DNA of 64,000 bases from Myxococcota bacterium (GCA_965228475.1 OZ245817.1:1568001-1632000), one strand, 5' to 3'. Counted from the first letter of the stretch, positions 52,146-63,178 are shown. The notes: a model not told the origin generated them from the sequence alone. Program-made: numbers and translations.

Positions 52146-53573
52146 CTAGCGCTCGCGGAAGAGCGCGGCGAAGAACACCAGCACCGCCAGGATCTCGAGC
52201 CGGCCGGCGATCATGACGGCCGAGAGCATGAGCTTCGTGTGGGCCGGGAACCCGGCGTAGCCCTCGGTGGGGCCGGCATCGCCGAGCGCCGGGCCGACGT
52301 TGCCGACGGCCGACGCGCCGACCGAGACCGCCGTCGCGAGGTCGTACCCCGAGGCCGCCACCCAGAACGCGGTGAACGCCACGAGCAGCGCGTAGGCGAA
52401 GAGGAATCCCCAGACGCCCGAGAGGACGGCGTTCGTGACCGGCCGGTCGTCGTGCTTCACGCGCTGGACGGCCTTCGGGTGGAGCTGCTGGATGATCGCG
52501 TCCGAGAGCACGCGCAGCGAGAGCAGGACGCGCATCCCCTTCACGCCGCCCGTGGTCGAGCCGGCCATTCCGCCGAGCAGCATCAGCACGAGCAGGATCA
52601 TCTGGGGCCCCATGGGCCACTCGTCGAAGACGGCGCTGTGGTAGCCCGTGCCGGTCATGAGCGCGACGACCTGGAAGGCGGCTTTGCGGATCCCGTCCTC
52701 CTCGGCCCCGGCGCGGCCCAGCAGGATGGTCATCAGGATCGAGACGAACCCCACCATGAACAGGAAGTAGTGGAGTTCCCGGTCGCGCAGGGCCTGCCGG
52801 AAGCGGCCGGTCAGGAGCTCGAAGTGGACGGCGTAGTTGATGCCGCCGATCACCATGAAGACGATCACGATCCACTCGATCGCCGGCGAGGCGAAGGCGC
52901 GGATGGAGTCGTCGCGCGTCGAGAAGCCGCCCGTCGCGGCGGTGGTCATGGAATGGCAGACTGCTTCGAAGACGGACATGCCGGCCAGGGAGAGCAGCAC
53001 GATCTCGGCGCCGGTGACGCCCAGGTAGATCAGCCAGAGGCGCCGGGCCGTCTCGGCCATGCGCGGCGCGATCTTCTCGGTCACCGGAGACGGCGACTCC
53101 GCGCGGAAGAGCTGCATCCCGCCGACGCCGAGCAGCGGGAGCAGGGCGACCGCGAAGACGATGATCCCCATGCCTCCGAGCCACTGGGTGAGCGAGCGCC
53201 ACAGGAGGATCGAGCGGGGCTGCTGCTCGAGGCCCGAGAGGACCGTTGCGCCGGTCGTGGTGAAGCCGGCGCTCGATTCGAAGAGCGCGTCGACCACGCC
53301 GGCGGTGCTCGAGAAGACGTAGGGCGCCGCGCCGAGCAGCGAGGCCACGACCCAGGCGAGCACCACGACCACGAACCCGTCGCGCGGGCGGAAGGGCTGG
53401 GGGTTTCGGGGCAGGGTGCCGATCAGGATCGCCCCCGGTACGGCCGCGAGCAGCGCCGAGGCGACGAAGGGGAGGGTCGGCTCCCCGTAGAGCCACGCGG
53501 TGGCGATCGGCAGGAGCTGGAAGGCGCCGAGCCCGAGCCCGAGCCAGGCGAGGATCTGGACGATCGTCGTCAT
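52146..53573 (-). CDS. trkH: TrkH family potassium uptake protein
   Basis: FESSAGFTTTGA, QWLGGMG, ATGGFS, GSTTGGVK, GNVGP, GRLE; real start MTTIVQ at 53573. Confidence 0.92.
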   Translation of the reverse strand: MTTIVQILAWLGLGLGAFQLLPIATAWLYGEPTLPFVASALLAAVPGAILIGTLPRNPQPFRPRDGFVVVVLAWVVASLLGAAPYVFSSTAGVVDALFESSAGFTTTGATVLSGLEQQPRSILLWRSLTQWLGGMGIIVFAVALLPLLGVGGMQLFRAESPSPVTEKIAPRMAETARRLWLIYLGVTGAEIVLLSLAGMSVFEAVCHSMTTAATGGFSTRDDSIRAFASPAIEWIVIVFMVIGGINYAVHFELLTGRFRQALRDRELHYFLFMVGFVSILMTILLGRAGAEEDGIRKAAFQVVALMTGTGYHSAVFDEWPMGPQMILLVLMLLGGMAGSTTGGVKGMRVLLSLRVLSDAIIQQLHPKAVQRVKHDDRPVTNAVLSGVWGFLFAYALLVAFTAFWVAASGYDLATAVSVGASAVGNVGPALGDAGPTEGYAGFPAHTKLMLSAVMIAGRLEILAVLVFFAALFRER

Positions 53574-53620
53574 GGAGCGCGAAAGGTAACCCTCGCCCGG
53601 TTCCCAGGGGAAGGCTTTCG

Positions 53621-55504
53621 CTACGGGAGTTCGAGCTCTCGGGGCGGGCGCTCGATGCCTTCGTCCCGCAGCCGGAGCGCGTGGTCGAGGCGCACGGCGG
53701 CCTGGATCAGGCCGAGGTGGCTGAAGGCCTGGGGGAAGTTCCCGAGCGGCTCGGCGGATTCCGGATCCACCTGTTCGGCCAGGAGCCCCACGTGGTTGCT
53801 GGCCTGCTGATGGAGCTGATAGACCTCGAGGGCTTCGTCGAGCTCGCCGGCCAGGGCGAGGGCTTCGGCGAGCCAGAATCCACACAGGACGAAGGCGCCT
53901 TCGCCGGTGCCGATGCCGTCGTCGGTCTTGTAGCGATAGAGGAAGCGGCCGGCGCCGAGCTCCTGGACGACCCGCTCCCGGGTGCGCACGACCGCCGGGT
54001 GCTGGGCGTCGAGGAAGCCGTGCAGCGGGAAGAGCAGGAGCGTCGCATCGACCGCGCTCCCGCCGTAGACCGAGGCGAAGCTCCCGGTGGCTTCGTCGAT
54101 GCCCCGGGCGAGGATCTCTTCCCGGAGCGAATCGCGCTCGGCCCGCCAGGCCTTGGCCTGCTCCGCCTGCCCGAAGAGCGGTGCGAGCTCGACCGCTTCG
54201 CTGAGCGCGACCCAGGTCATGAGCTTCGAGTGCACGTGGTGTTCGGGCTTGAAGCGCGGCTCCCAGATGCCCTGGTCCGGCTGCCGGCCGGAGATGGCGG
54301 CCTGGTCGACCAGCACCCGGATCTGTCGCCAGAGCCCGAGGTCGAGGGCGCTTCCCTGGCGTTCGTGCAGCGCGATGGCGTCGAGCAGCGACCCGGTGAT
54401 GTCGTTCTGGAGCTGGTCCTTCGCGGCGTTCCCGATGCGCACGGGCCCGGCGCCGCGGTAGCCCGAGAGGTGGTCGAGCAGCAGCTCTTCCGGGACCTCG
54501 TCGCCTTCGATGCCGACCATGAGGTCGAGCTGGCCGCGGCGGTCGATCGTTTCGCGCACGAAGTGGAAGAAGCCGCGGGCCTCCTCGTGGTACCCGATCA
54601 GGTTCATGGCGCGGATGGCCATGGCGCTGTCGCGGACCCAGGAGAAGCGGTAGTCCCAGTTGCGCGAGCCATCGAGGGCTTCGGGCAGGCTCGTCGTCGG
54701 CGCGGCGACCATGGCGCCCGAGGGCTTGTACTGCAGGAGCTTCAGGGTGAGCGCCGAGCGCATCACGTCGTGGCGCCAGGGGCCTTCGTACTGGAGCTGC
54801 GACGTCCAGCGCCTCCAGAAGGTGCGGGTGGCGCGCATGTGGTCGTAGGGGCGATAGGCGAGCACCGGCTCGGGCTTCACGCCGCCCCAGGAAAGGATGA
54901 ACCACGCGCGCTCGCCCTGGCGGAGCTGCGCGCGCGCCACGAGCCCGCCGCCGGCACGCGGTTCGAAGCGGAACGCGCTGCTCACCGAGAGCGAGCAGCG
55001 CTCGCCGCCCGGCCCCTCGGCCACGGCGCCGTGCTCGGCGGTGTGCACGCGGGTCTCCCCGCGGCCGTAGTCGAAGCGCGGATCGAAGACGATCTCGAAC
55101 TCGAGGGTGCCCTCGTGCACCTCGAGCAGGCGGTGGACCTGGCTGACGGTGAAGCGCGGGTCCTCCGTCCAGGGCATGAAGTCGGTCAGGCACGCGACGC
55201 CGCGGTCCGGGGCGCGGAAGAGCGTCTGGAGCACGTTGGTCTGGGAGTCGTAGGCCTGCAGGCTCTCGAAGGGGCGCCGCGCCGGGCACACGCGGAAGCT
55301 CCCGCCGTTCTCGGGGTCGAGCAGGGAGGCGAACAGGCTCGGCGAGTCGAAGCGCGGCAGGCACAGCCACTCGACGCCCCCATCGACGCCGACGAGTGCC
55401 GCGGTCGACCCATCGCCGATCACGGCGTGACGGCCGAGCGGCGCGGCTTCGCCGTCGACGACGAAGGGTTCGGCCAGGCGCGCAGCGGTGGTGTAGAGAT
55501 CCAT
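53621..55504 (-). CDS. Glycoside hydrolase family 15 (trehalase/glucoamylase-like)
   Basis: WLCLPRFDSPS, AAPTTSLPE, RNWDYRFSWVRD, GIWE, GNFPQAFSH. Confidence 0.93.
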   Translation of the reverse strand: MDLYTTAARLAEPFVVDGEAAPLGRHAVIGDGSTAALVGVDGGVEWLCLPRFDSPSLFASLLDPENGGSFRVCPARRPFESLQAYDSQTNVLQTLFRAPDRGVACLTDFMPWTEDPRFTVSQVHRLLEVHEGTLEFEIVFDPRFDYGRGETRVHTAEHGAVAEGPGGERCSLSVSSAFRFEPRAGGGLVARAQLRQGERAWFILSWGGVKPEPVLAYRPYDHMRATRTFWRRWTSQLQYEGPWRHDVMRSALTLKLLQYKPSGAMVAAPTTSLPEALDGSRNWDYRFSWVRDSAMAIRAMNLIGYHEEARGFFHFVRETIDRRGQLDLMVGIEGDEVPEELLLDHLSGYRGAGPVRIGNAAKDQLQNDITGSLLDAIALHERQGSALDLGLWRQIRVLVDQAAISGRQPDQGIWEPRFKPEHHVHSKLMTWVALSEAVELAPLFGQAEQAKAWRAERDSLREEILARGIDEATGSFASVYGGSAVDATLLLFPLHGFLDAQHPAVVRTRERVVQELGAGRFLYRYKTDDGIGTGEGAFVLCGFWLAEALALAGELDEALEVYQLHQQASNHVGLLAEQVDPESAEPLGNFPQAFSHLGLIQAAVRLDHALRLRDEGIERPPRELELP

Positions 55505-55546
55505 GGCTTCTCGCGTCTTCGGCCCGCGGGCCAAAAACTCAATGAA

Positions 55547-55559
55547 AATCAGTCAGTTG
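55547..55559 (+). promoter_or_regulatory. IHF-binding-site consensus match
   Basis: AATCAG-TCAG-TTG equals WATCARNNNNTTR, preceded by an A-rich tract, in the GH15/hsp20 divergent intergenic region. Confidence 0.5.
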
Positions 55560-55636
55560 TGCGAATTCGGGCGCCCGGGTTTGACGGCCTCTCCGGCGTG
55601 CTTATCCATGCTGCCACGTCACGATAGGAGGACGCC

Positions 55637-56047
55637 ATGACTCTGCACACTGCACCCACCTTGTTCGATCGATTCTTCACCGATTTCGATTCGTCCTTCG
55701 TGAACCGAGCGACGCCGCAGGCTGCCCGGCCCGCCGTCGATCTCGTGGCTTTCGAGGACCGGATCGAGCTCCACGCGGACCTGCCCGGTCTGACGGAGAA
55801 GGACATCGAGGTCCACTTCGAGGACGGTGCGTTGACCGTCCGCGGCAAGCGCGATCTCGACGTCCCGGAGGGCGGCCGGCTGCTCCGGCGCGAGCGCGGC
55901 GGCGCGACCTTCGTCCGCTCCTTCGCGCTCGGCGAGGAGGTCGACGTGGATGGCATCGCCGCCACGATGAAGGACGGCGTGCTGCGCATCACGCTCCCGA
56001 AGAGCGAGCGTGTCCGCCCGCGCCAGATCCAGGTCCAGGTGAACTAG
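55637..56047 (+). CDS. Hsp20/alpha-crystallin small heat-shock protein
   Basis: PAVDL, ADLPG, LTVRGKR, RRER..FVRSF, DGVLRITLPK; SD aggagg. Confidence 0.95.
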   Translation: MTLHTAPTLFDRFFTDFDSSFVNRATPQAARPAVDLVAFEDRIELHADLPGLTEKDIEVHFEDGALTVRGKRDLDVPEGGRLLRRERGGATFVRSFALGEEVDVDGIAATMKDGVLRITLPKSERVRPRQIQVQVN

Positions 56048-56057
56048 CTCGCCTGCG

Positions 56058-56876
56058 CTAGGACGCGCTCGAGCCTGACGCCGCTTCGTTCCCTGCCGTC
56101 TCTCCCCGAGGCGGCAGGGCGAGGCGGCGTCCGTTCTTCAGGTCGAAGATCGGGGTGCGCGCGAGTCCGCGCCGCTCGAGCCAGAACCGGAAGGACGTCT
56201 CGAGGACGCCGAGGCCGTAGGTCACGGAGCGCTGGAAGTTGATCGAGGACGCTTCCTCGAAGTAGGCCGTCGGGCAGCTCACCTCACCGATGCGGAACTT
56301 CGCGAACAGGATCTGCGCGAGCATCTGGTTGTCGAACACGAAGTCGTCGCTGTTCTCTTCGAGCGGGAGCGCTTCGATCACCTCGCGCCGGAAGGCGCGG
56401 TAGCCCGTGTGGTACTCGCTCAGCTTGGCGCCGCACAGGAGGTTCTGCGTCGCCGTGAGCAGGCGGTTCGCCAGGTACTTGTAGCCGGGCATGCCGCCGG
56501 CCCGGGCGGTGCCGCCGAGGATGCGTGAGCCGAGCACGGCGTCGTAGGGGCCGTCGGTCAGCAGGCCGACCATCGCCGGGATCAGCTTCGGCGTGTACTG
56601 GTAGTCCGGGTGCAGCATGATCACGACGTCGGCGCCGAGGGCGAGCGCCTCCGCGTAGCACGTCTTCTGGTTGCCCCCGTAGCCCCGGTTGTTCGGGTGG
56701 ACGAGGGTGCGCAGGCCGAGCCGGCGGGCGATCTCCGCCGTGTCGTCGTGGCTGGCGTCGTCGGTCACGACGATCTCGTCGACGAGATCCATCGGGACCT
56801 CGGCGACGGTGCGCTCGAGGGTTTCGGCCGCGTTGTAGGCCGGCATGACGACGACGATCTTTTTTCCGTGGAACAC
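56058..56876 (-). CDS. Glycosyltransferase family 2 (DPM-synthase-like)
   Basis: [41 protein letters not shown]. Confidence 0.92.
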   Translation of the reverse strand: MFHGKKIVVVMPAYNAAETLERTVAEVPMDLVDEIVVTDDASHDDTAEIARRLGLRTLVHPNNRGYGGNQKTCYAEALALGADVVIMLHPDYQYTPKLIPAMVGLLTDGPYDAVLGSRILGGTARAGGMPGYKYLANRLLTATQNLLCGAKLSEYHTGYRAFRREVIEALPLEENSDDFVFDNQMLAQILFAKFRIGEVSCPTAYFEEASSINFQRSVTYGLGVLETSFRFWLERRGLARTPIFDLKNGRRLALPPRGETAGNEAASGSSAS

Positions 56877-56904
56877 GTGGACTGGCTATCCTTCGGCGCT
56901 GCGC

Positions 56905-56987
56905 GCCCGGGTGGCGAAATCGGTAGCCGCGGACGACTTAAAATCGTTTGGCCAATGGCCGTGCAGGTTCGAATCCTGCCCCGGGCA
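56905..56987 (+). tRNA. tRNA-Leu(TAA)
   Basis: GCCCGGG/CCCGGGC stem, anticodon loop ctTAAaa, long variable arm, GTTCGAATC; CCA not encoded. Confidence 0.93.
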
Positions 56988-56990
56988 CGC

Positions 56991-57012
56991 CGTTCGGCGC
57001 AACGCGCCGAAC
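56991..57012. terminator. Perfect hairpin downstream of tRNA-Leu, possible terminator
   Basis: cgttcggcgc-aac-gcgccgaacg between convergent transcripts; no clean U tract. Confidence 0.5.
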
Positions 57013-57040
57013 GAATTCAAACAAGGCTGGGCCGGACCAT

Positions 57041-57340
57041 CTAAGCCGGCTTGATCCGCGTCCGCACCTCTTCGATCTCGAGCAGGGCATCGAGGGCCTC
57101 GCGGTCGAGCAGCGTCGTGCGCTGATAGCCCATCTCGGGAAGCTCGAGCTCGAGGCGGAAGATCTCGCGGGGCGTCTCGAAGACCCGCCGGACACGGACC
57201 GCGCCGTTGCCCTCGACGATCTCCTTGCGAAGCGATTCCACGATGCGCTGGACGCGGTGTTCGCGGCGGGCGACCGGGTCGACCGCCGCCTCGGCGGTGC
57301 GCGCTCGGTTCGCGATCTTGTAGAGGCCGCGCGGCTTCAT
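57041..57340 (-). CDS. Hypothetical protein (99 aa)
   Basis: MKPRGLYKIANR..IFRLELELPEMGYQRTTLLDR; host-like codon usage. Confidence 0.7.
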   Translation of the reverse strand: MKPRGLYKIANRARTAEAAVDPVARREHRVQRIVESLRKEIVEGNGAVRVRRVFETPREIFRLELELPEMGYQRTTLLDREALDALLEIEEVRTRIKPA

Positions 57341-57376
57341 GTCGCTTCCCAGCATACCGCCGCGTCCCGTCGAGCA

Positions 57377-57823
57377 TCAACCGACGGAGGAGGGGTCGTC
57401 CCCTCTCCGTCGCTTGCCTGCCACCAGGCCTTGCAGGGTGGCGAGCTGATCCGGCGTCCCCCCGACGAGCTCGACGCCGACGCCGCGCTCTTCTCCGGGG
57501 GCCAAACTCTTTTTGACCCAGGCCACGCGCCCGACGGCCTCGACCTCGTCCCCGCCGGGGAGCTCGACCTCGAGCAGCAGGCGCCGCCCCGGTTCGAAGG
57601 GTTCGGCGGTGCGAATGAACAGGCCGTTGCGCGAGACGTTCGAACACACCTCCCGGCTCGCCCGGAAGAAGGGCCGTCCGCTGCGCGGGTCGCGCTCGGC
57701 ATCGATGGTGGAGATGCGCACGGGGACGTTCAGGTCCGCGCGGCGCTCCCGGCGAAGCGCCGGCCGCGGCGCTGCCTCGCTCGCATCCCCCGGGCGGCGT
57801 TCCGGATTCTTGGGCTCGTCCAT
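57377..57823 (-). CDS. PilZ domain protein
   Basis: RRERR (RxxxR) and NVSRNG ([D/N]xSxxG) motifs, GRVAW, GVGVEL; SD before MDEPK. Confidence 0.85.
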   Translation of the reverse strand: MDEPKNPERRPGDASEAAPRPALRRERRADLNVPVRISTIDAERDPRSGRPFFRASREVCSNVSRNGLFIRTAEPFEPGRRLLLEVELPGGDEVEAVGRVAWVKKSLAPGEERGVGVELVGGTPDQLATLQGLVAGKRRRGDDPSSVG

Positions 57824-58044
57824 CCCGTTCTCCTCGGCGGCAATACGCCCGCCTTTCCCGTGCGCATCGGCTTCGGGCGGCGGCAACTGGAGCGCGGCGG
57901 GGCCGTCTCGGGAGGGCGAACGGGCGGCAACTCGCGCTCAAGCCGGGGGCCCGCGCGGCCGAAAAATCCGGGGTCGAAAACCCTCTTTCCTCCGGTCCAG
58001 GACCCCCGCGTTCGTGGCCGGAACCCTGTTTGGAGGACGCGCGC

Positions 58045-59277
58045 GTGGCCCACGCTGATGCCCTGGCGCTGTTCGAGGCCCGTGAGGCGCCCGTCGGGAG
58101 CGTCACGCTCTCCCAGGCGCTCCGCGAAATGCTGCCCTTCGAGGTGCCCGACCGGATGCCTCTGGGCCCCGAGGCCGAAGGCGAGGGCGTTCCGTGTCTC
58201 GCGATCGCCGCGGACGTCCGCCACGTCGCCATCGGCGACCTGCTCGGCCTCGTGCACCGCGCCGAGCTCTCGGGCCTCCTCCTGTTCGGGCACCGCGACC
58301 ACGCCAAGTCCGTGTACGTCCACCGCGGCGAGGTCGTCTTCGCCGCGTCGAATCTCGCGGGGGACCGGATCGGTGAATCCCTGGTGCGCTCCGGCGCGCT
58401 CTCCCTCGACGCCCTGCGCCTGGCCGAGCGCAGCTTCGCGCCGGGCCAGCGCTTCGGGAAGGTCCTCGTCGAACTCGGCCACGTGACGCCGCGCGAGCTC
58501 TGGCACGGCGTGAAGTTCCAGGTCGAGGAGATCGTGCGCTCCCTCTTCTCCTACACGAACGGGTCGGTCTACTTCTTCGCCGGCGAAGTGAAGCCCGACA
58601 ACGTCGTCCGCCTTTCGCTCCCGACCGAGCGCCTCGTCAGCGACGGGAAGGAGCACCGCGAGGAGCTGCGCGCCTTCGTGGAGACCCTGCTGGAACCCGA
58701 GATGGATCTCGTCCGCGTGCCCGGTGCCGGGGAGAACCTCGAGGGGCTCGACCGCCTGATCTACCAGAGCCTCGAGGACGAGACGCGCTTCGAGTCCCTG
58801 CTCGAGAGCGTCGACGTGGAGCCCTGGGCGGCGGCGCGCACGATCCAGATGCTGCGCGGCGTCGGGGCCGTGCGCCTCGAGCCGAAGAGCGCGGCGCCCC
58901 CGCGCGAGCCCGGCGAAGAAGAGCAGTTGCGCAGCTCGGTCACCGCGCACCTGAAGCTGATGACGGAGCTCGCGGCGCCGATCGTCGCGCTCGAGGGCGC
59001 AGCGCCCCTGCGCGAACGCTTCGCGGCCGTCGTCGAAGAGGTATCGCACCGCTACCCGGCGATTCTCCGCGGGGTGCCGGTGCTCGACTCCGGAACGCTC
59101 GACCCCGCGGCGCTGCTCAAGCGCGTGCTCGCCATCGCCGGGGATCGGGAGGAGCCCGTCCGCGTCGCCCTCGGCGAGCTCGTCTCCTACCTGGAGTTCG
59201 AGCTGAAGAACCACCCGGAGATCCTCGACGCCCATCCCTATCTCGCGGCAGTCGAGGGGCTGCGCGCCGAGATCTAG
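58045..59277 (+). CDS. DUF4388 domain protein
   Basis: DLLGLV..SGLL..SVYVHRGEVVFAAS..DRIGESLVRSG..RFGKVLVELG..EEIVRSLF..GSVYF; SD ggagga before GTG 58045. Confidence 0.78.
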   Translation: MAHADALALFEAREAPVGSVTLSQALREMLPFEVPDRMPLGPEAEGEGVPCLAIAADVRHVAIGDLLGLVHRAELSGLLLFGHRDHAKSVYVHRGEVVFAASNLAGDRIGESLVRSGALSLDALRLAERSFAPGQRFGKVLVELGHVTPRELWHGVKFQVEEIVRSLFSYTNGSVYFFAGEVKPDNVVRLSLPTERLVSDGKEHREELRAFVETLLEPEMDLVRVPGAGENLEGLDRLIYQSLEDETRFESLLESVDVEPWAAARTIQMLRGVGAVRLEPKSAAPPREPGEEEQLRSSVTAHLKLMTELAAPIVALEGAAPLRERFAAVVEEVSHRYPAILRGVPVLDSGTLDPAALLKRVLAIAGDREEPVRVALGELVSYLEFELKNHPEILDAHPYLAAVEGLRAEI

Positions 59278-59346
59278 CCGCCCGGCGCGAGCGACCGCGC
59301 CGGCGCCCGGCCCGGAATCGTGCTCCGGCTTCGGGTAGGGTCCGGC

Positions 59347-60102
59347 ATGGCCCAAGGCGAGATCCTCTACGGCGTCCACCCGGTTCGGGAAGCCCTGCGC
59401 GCCCGCCGGCGCAAGCCCGTGCGGCTCCACGTGCGTTCGCGGATGCGGGAGGAGGTCGGGGACCTCGTCCGGCTGGCCCGGGAGATCGATCTGCCGGTGG
59501 TGGAGGTCGAGCCCGAGGCCCTGGTGCGTCTGGCCGGGGAGGAGGCGCGGACCCAGGGCGTGGTCCTCGAGGCGGGGCCGCTTCCGGAGGTCGAGCTCGG
59601 TGCCCTGGCCACGGACGGCTCGGACCAGGCCTGTCTGGTCGCCCTCGACGGGGTGGAAGACCCTCAGAACGTCGGTGCGATCGTCCGGGTCGCCGAATCC
59701 GCCGGGGTTACCGGGCTGATCCTCACGCGGCGGCATGCCCCGCCGCTGTCGCCCGCCCTGGCCCGGGCCAGCGCCGGGGCCATCGAGCATCTCCCGGTCG
59801 CCCGGGTCCCGAACCTGGCCCGGTCCCTCAAGTCCTTGAAAGCGAAAGAGTTCTGGGTCTTCGGGGGCGTCGCCGAGGGCGGCGAGGACCTGTTCGGGCT
59901 CCCCGACCGCCTGGCCTCGGGCAAGAAGATCGTGGTGGTCGGCGCGGAGGGGAAGGGGCTCCGGCCCTCGGTGCTCGCGGAGGTCGACCACCGGGTGCGG
60001 ATCCCCCTGGCCGGCCAGGTCCAATCCCTCAACGTCTCGACCGCGGCGGCGGTCCTGCTGTTCGAGCTGAGGCGCCGGGGCGGGGTCGGGCCGACCGGCT
60101 GA
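59347..60102 (+). CDS. rlmB: 23S rRNA (guanosine-2'-O)-methyltransferase, TrmH/SpoU family
   Basis: LYGVHPVREAL, TQGVV, LDGVEDPQNVGAIVR, GAEGKG, SLNVS. Confidence 0.9.
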   Translation: MAQGEILYGVHPVREALRARRRKPVRLHVRSRMREEVGDLVRLAREIDLPVVEVEPEALVRLAGEEARTQGVVLEAGPLPEVELGALATDGSDQACLVALDGVEDPQNVGAIVRVAESAGVTGLILTRRHAPPLSPALARASAGAIEHLPVARVPNLARSLKSLKAKEFWVFGGVAEGGEDLFGLPDRLASGKKIVVVGAEGKGLRPSVLAEVDHRVRIPLAGQVQSLNVSTAAAVLLFELRRRGGVGPTG

Positions 60103-60140
60103 TTCGGGTGATTTCCCGCGAGGTTCCGGGCTCAGTCGCC

Positions 60141-60169
60141 TTGCTGGCTCGGGCCGGGCGCCGTATATT
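60141..60169 (+). promoter_or_regulatory. Sigma70-type promoter of the tRNA-tuf operon
   Basis: TTGCTG-N17-TATATT upstream of tRNA-Thr. Confidence 0.65.
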
Positions 60170-60216
60170 CCCGCGACTTCAGCAACAAGTGGATCCAGCG
60201 AAACGACTCGCTTCCG

Positions 60217-60292
60217 GCCGGCGTAGCTCAACTGGTAGAGCAGCTGATTTGTAATCAGCAGGTTGCGGGTTCGAGTCCCATCGCCGGCTCCA
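60217..60292 (+). tRNA. tRNA-Thr(TGT)
   Basis: Cloverleaf, anticodon loop ttTGTaa, CCA. Confidence 0.97.
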
Positions 60293-60469
60293 TGCGGTTC
60301 GGGCACGGGTGGCGGCGCACGGCGTCGTAACGAAAAAGAAGAGGAACCCAGGCAGTTCCCGTCGGCGGTTGCCGCGCTTCGGCGCGAACGCGGACCGCCG
60401 GGACGGTAGGGCTGCTTACGCTTTTGTGTTTCACGCCTTCGCGCGGCGAAGGCAAGTAGGGAAACGGAC

Positions 60470-60555
60470 GGAGAGGTACCGAAGCGGCCAAACGGGGCAG
60501 ACTGTAAATCTGCTGGCTTATGCCTTCGGAGGTTCGAATCCTCCCCTCTCCACCA
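60470..60555 (+). tRNA. tRNA-Tyr(GTA)
   Basis: Cloverleaf with long variable arm, ctGTAaa, CCA. Confidence 0.97.
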
Positions 60556-60562
60556 CGCTCGG

Positions 60563-60610
60563 GTCGGAACGAGAATGAGTCGGAACGAGGCCGAGTTGGA
60601 ACGAGACCGA
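60563..60610. repeat. 16-bp tandem repeat x3 in the Tyr-Gly tRNA spacer
   Basis: gtcggaacgagaatga / gtcggaacgaggccga / gttggaacgagaccga. Confidence 0.75.
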
Positions 60611-60615
60611 GACTG

Positions 60616-60692
60616 GCGGGAATAGCTCAGCTGGCTAGAGCACAAGCCTTCCAAGCTTGGGGTCGCGGGTTCGAATCCCGTTTCCCGCTCCA
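60616..60692 (+). tRNA. tRNA-Gly(TCC)
   Basis: Cloverleaf, ctTCCaa, CCA. Confidence 0.97.
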
Positions 60693-60788
60693 TGGAATCC
60701 GGCGAAGGCGCGGCCTTCGCGAGACGAAGCGAGAGACGAAGAAGGCGAAGACGGAGTCTTCGCGAGAGAAGAACTAGAAGGAACGTTC

Positions 60789-60864
60789 GCCCACGTAGCT
60801 CAGTCGGTAGAGCACGTCCTTGGTAAGGACGAGGTCAGCGGTTCAATCCCGCTCGTGGGCTCCA
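60789..60864 (+). tRNA. tRNA-Thr(GGT)
   Basis: Cloverleaf, ttGGTaa, CCA. Confidence 0.97.
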
Positions 60865-60930
60865 CCGAAAGACGACCGCACCCGAGGGTGCAATGCCAGT
60901 GCGTGGCACAGCGAGGAGAAGAGGGATCCG

Positions 60931-62121
<1,191 letters not shown>

Positions 62122-62261
62122 GCGAGGAAGAAAGACCCGGGCCGGTTGCGGCTCGCCGTGCGCAAGCGAAGCGCGCAGTGAGCCAAGGGCGAACGAAGGC
62201 GGGCAGGGCGACACGCGCGGCCGATAACCCGCCAGGTTGGCACGGCCGATACCCGGCAAGT

Positions 62262-62337
62262 AGGCGCGTAGCACAATTGGTAGTGCATCGGACTCCAAAT
62301 CCGGAGGTTGGGGGTTCAAGTCCCTCCGCGCCTGCCA
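62262..62337 (+). tRNA. tRNA-Trp(CCA)
   Basis: Cloverleaf, ctCCAaa, CCA; canonical position before secE. Confidence 0.96.
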
Positions 62338-62364
62338 GCTTCGACCGGAGAGGAAAGGAACGAC

Positions 62365-62568
62365 ATGGCGAATCCTGCCGATTGGGTGCGTGACTCCCGA
62401 CAGTTCCTCTCCGAGGTGCAGGCGGAGTTCAAGAAGGTCACGTGGCCCAGCCAGAAGGAGTACGTGGGCGGGACCATCGGCGTGGTGGTGGTGGTCACGA
62501 TCGTGACGATCGTGTTGGGCTTGACGGACTTCGTCCTCGGCGGAGCCGTCAAGGCGATCCTTCCTTAG
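62365..62568 (+). CDS. secE: Preprotein translocase subunit SecE
   Basis: [15 protein letters not shown] plus one TM segment; synteny. Confidence 0.95.
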   Translation: MANPADWVRDSRQFLSEVQAEFKKVTWPSQKEYVGGTIGVVVVVTIVTIVLGLTDFVLGGAVKAILP

Positions 62569-62584
62569 GGGAATGGAGCGAACG

Positions 62585-63175
62585 ATGACGGACCCGATCG
62601 AAACGACCACGCCGGCCCCGGCGACGAGCACCGGCGCTCCCAAGCGCTGGTACATCGTGCACACGTATTCGGGGCACGAGAACAAGGTCAAGCAGTCGCT
62701 GCTCGAGCGGGCCAAGCTGCTCGAGCACGAGGACGCCTTCGACGAGGTGCTGATTCCGGAAGAGACCGTGGTGGAGCTGGTGAAGGGCGGAGAGAAGCGC
62801 ACGTCGAAGCGCAAGTTCTTCCCCGGCTACATCCTGGTGCACATGGATCTGAACGACGAGACCTGGCACATCGTGCGCGACACGCCGAAGGTGACGGGCT
62901 TCGTCGGGACCGACGGAGGGAAGAAGCCGACGCCCATCTCGGACGACGAGGTGGCGCGGATGACCCAGCAGATGAAGGAGGGTGCCTCCAAGCCCAAGCC
63001 GCGCATCAGCTTCGAGGAAGGTGAGAGCGTGCGGGTGACGGCCGGGCCCTTTGCCAACTTCTCCGGCTACGTGGACGAAGTCCGGCCCGAGAAGGAGAAG
63101 GTGCGCGTGATGGTTCAGGTGTTCGGTCGGGCCACGCCGATCGAGCTCGATTACATCCAGGTAGAGAAGGCGTAG
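62585..63175 (+). CDS. nusG: Transcription termination/antitermination factor NusG
   Basis: [26 protein letters not shown] motif GPFANF, FGRATP; start could be 62573. Confidence 0.97.
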   Translation: MTDPIETTTPAPATSTGAPKRWYIVHTYSGHENKVKQSLLERAKLLEHEDAFDEVLIPEETVVELVKGGEKRTSKRKFFPGYILVHMDLNDETWHIVRDTPKVTGFVGTDGGKKPTPISDDEVARMTQQMKEGASKPKPRISFEEGESVRVTAGPFANFSGYVDEVRPEKEKVRVMVQVFGRATPIELDYIQVEKA

Positions 63176-63178
63176 GCG

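Noticed and set aside
55602..55610. DnaA-box-like TTATCCAtg (and TTACCCACt at 49577)
   Set aside because: Isolated 7/9 matches with no cluster or AT-rich unwinding element; not an origin.
60309..60578. ORF with VVTKKKRNPG, faintly like ribosomal protein L33
   Set aside because: No other L33 motif, and the frame runs through tRNA-Tyr.
60563..60780. CRISPR-like repeats in the tRNA spacers
   Set aside because: Units are 16 bp or shorter, adjacent, with no unique spacers and no cas genes.
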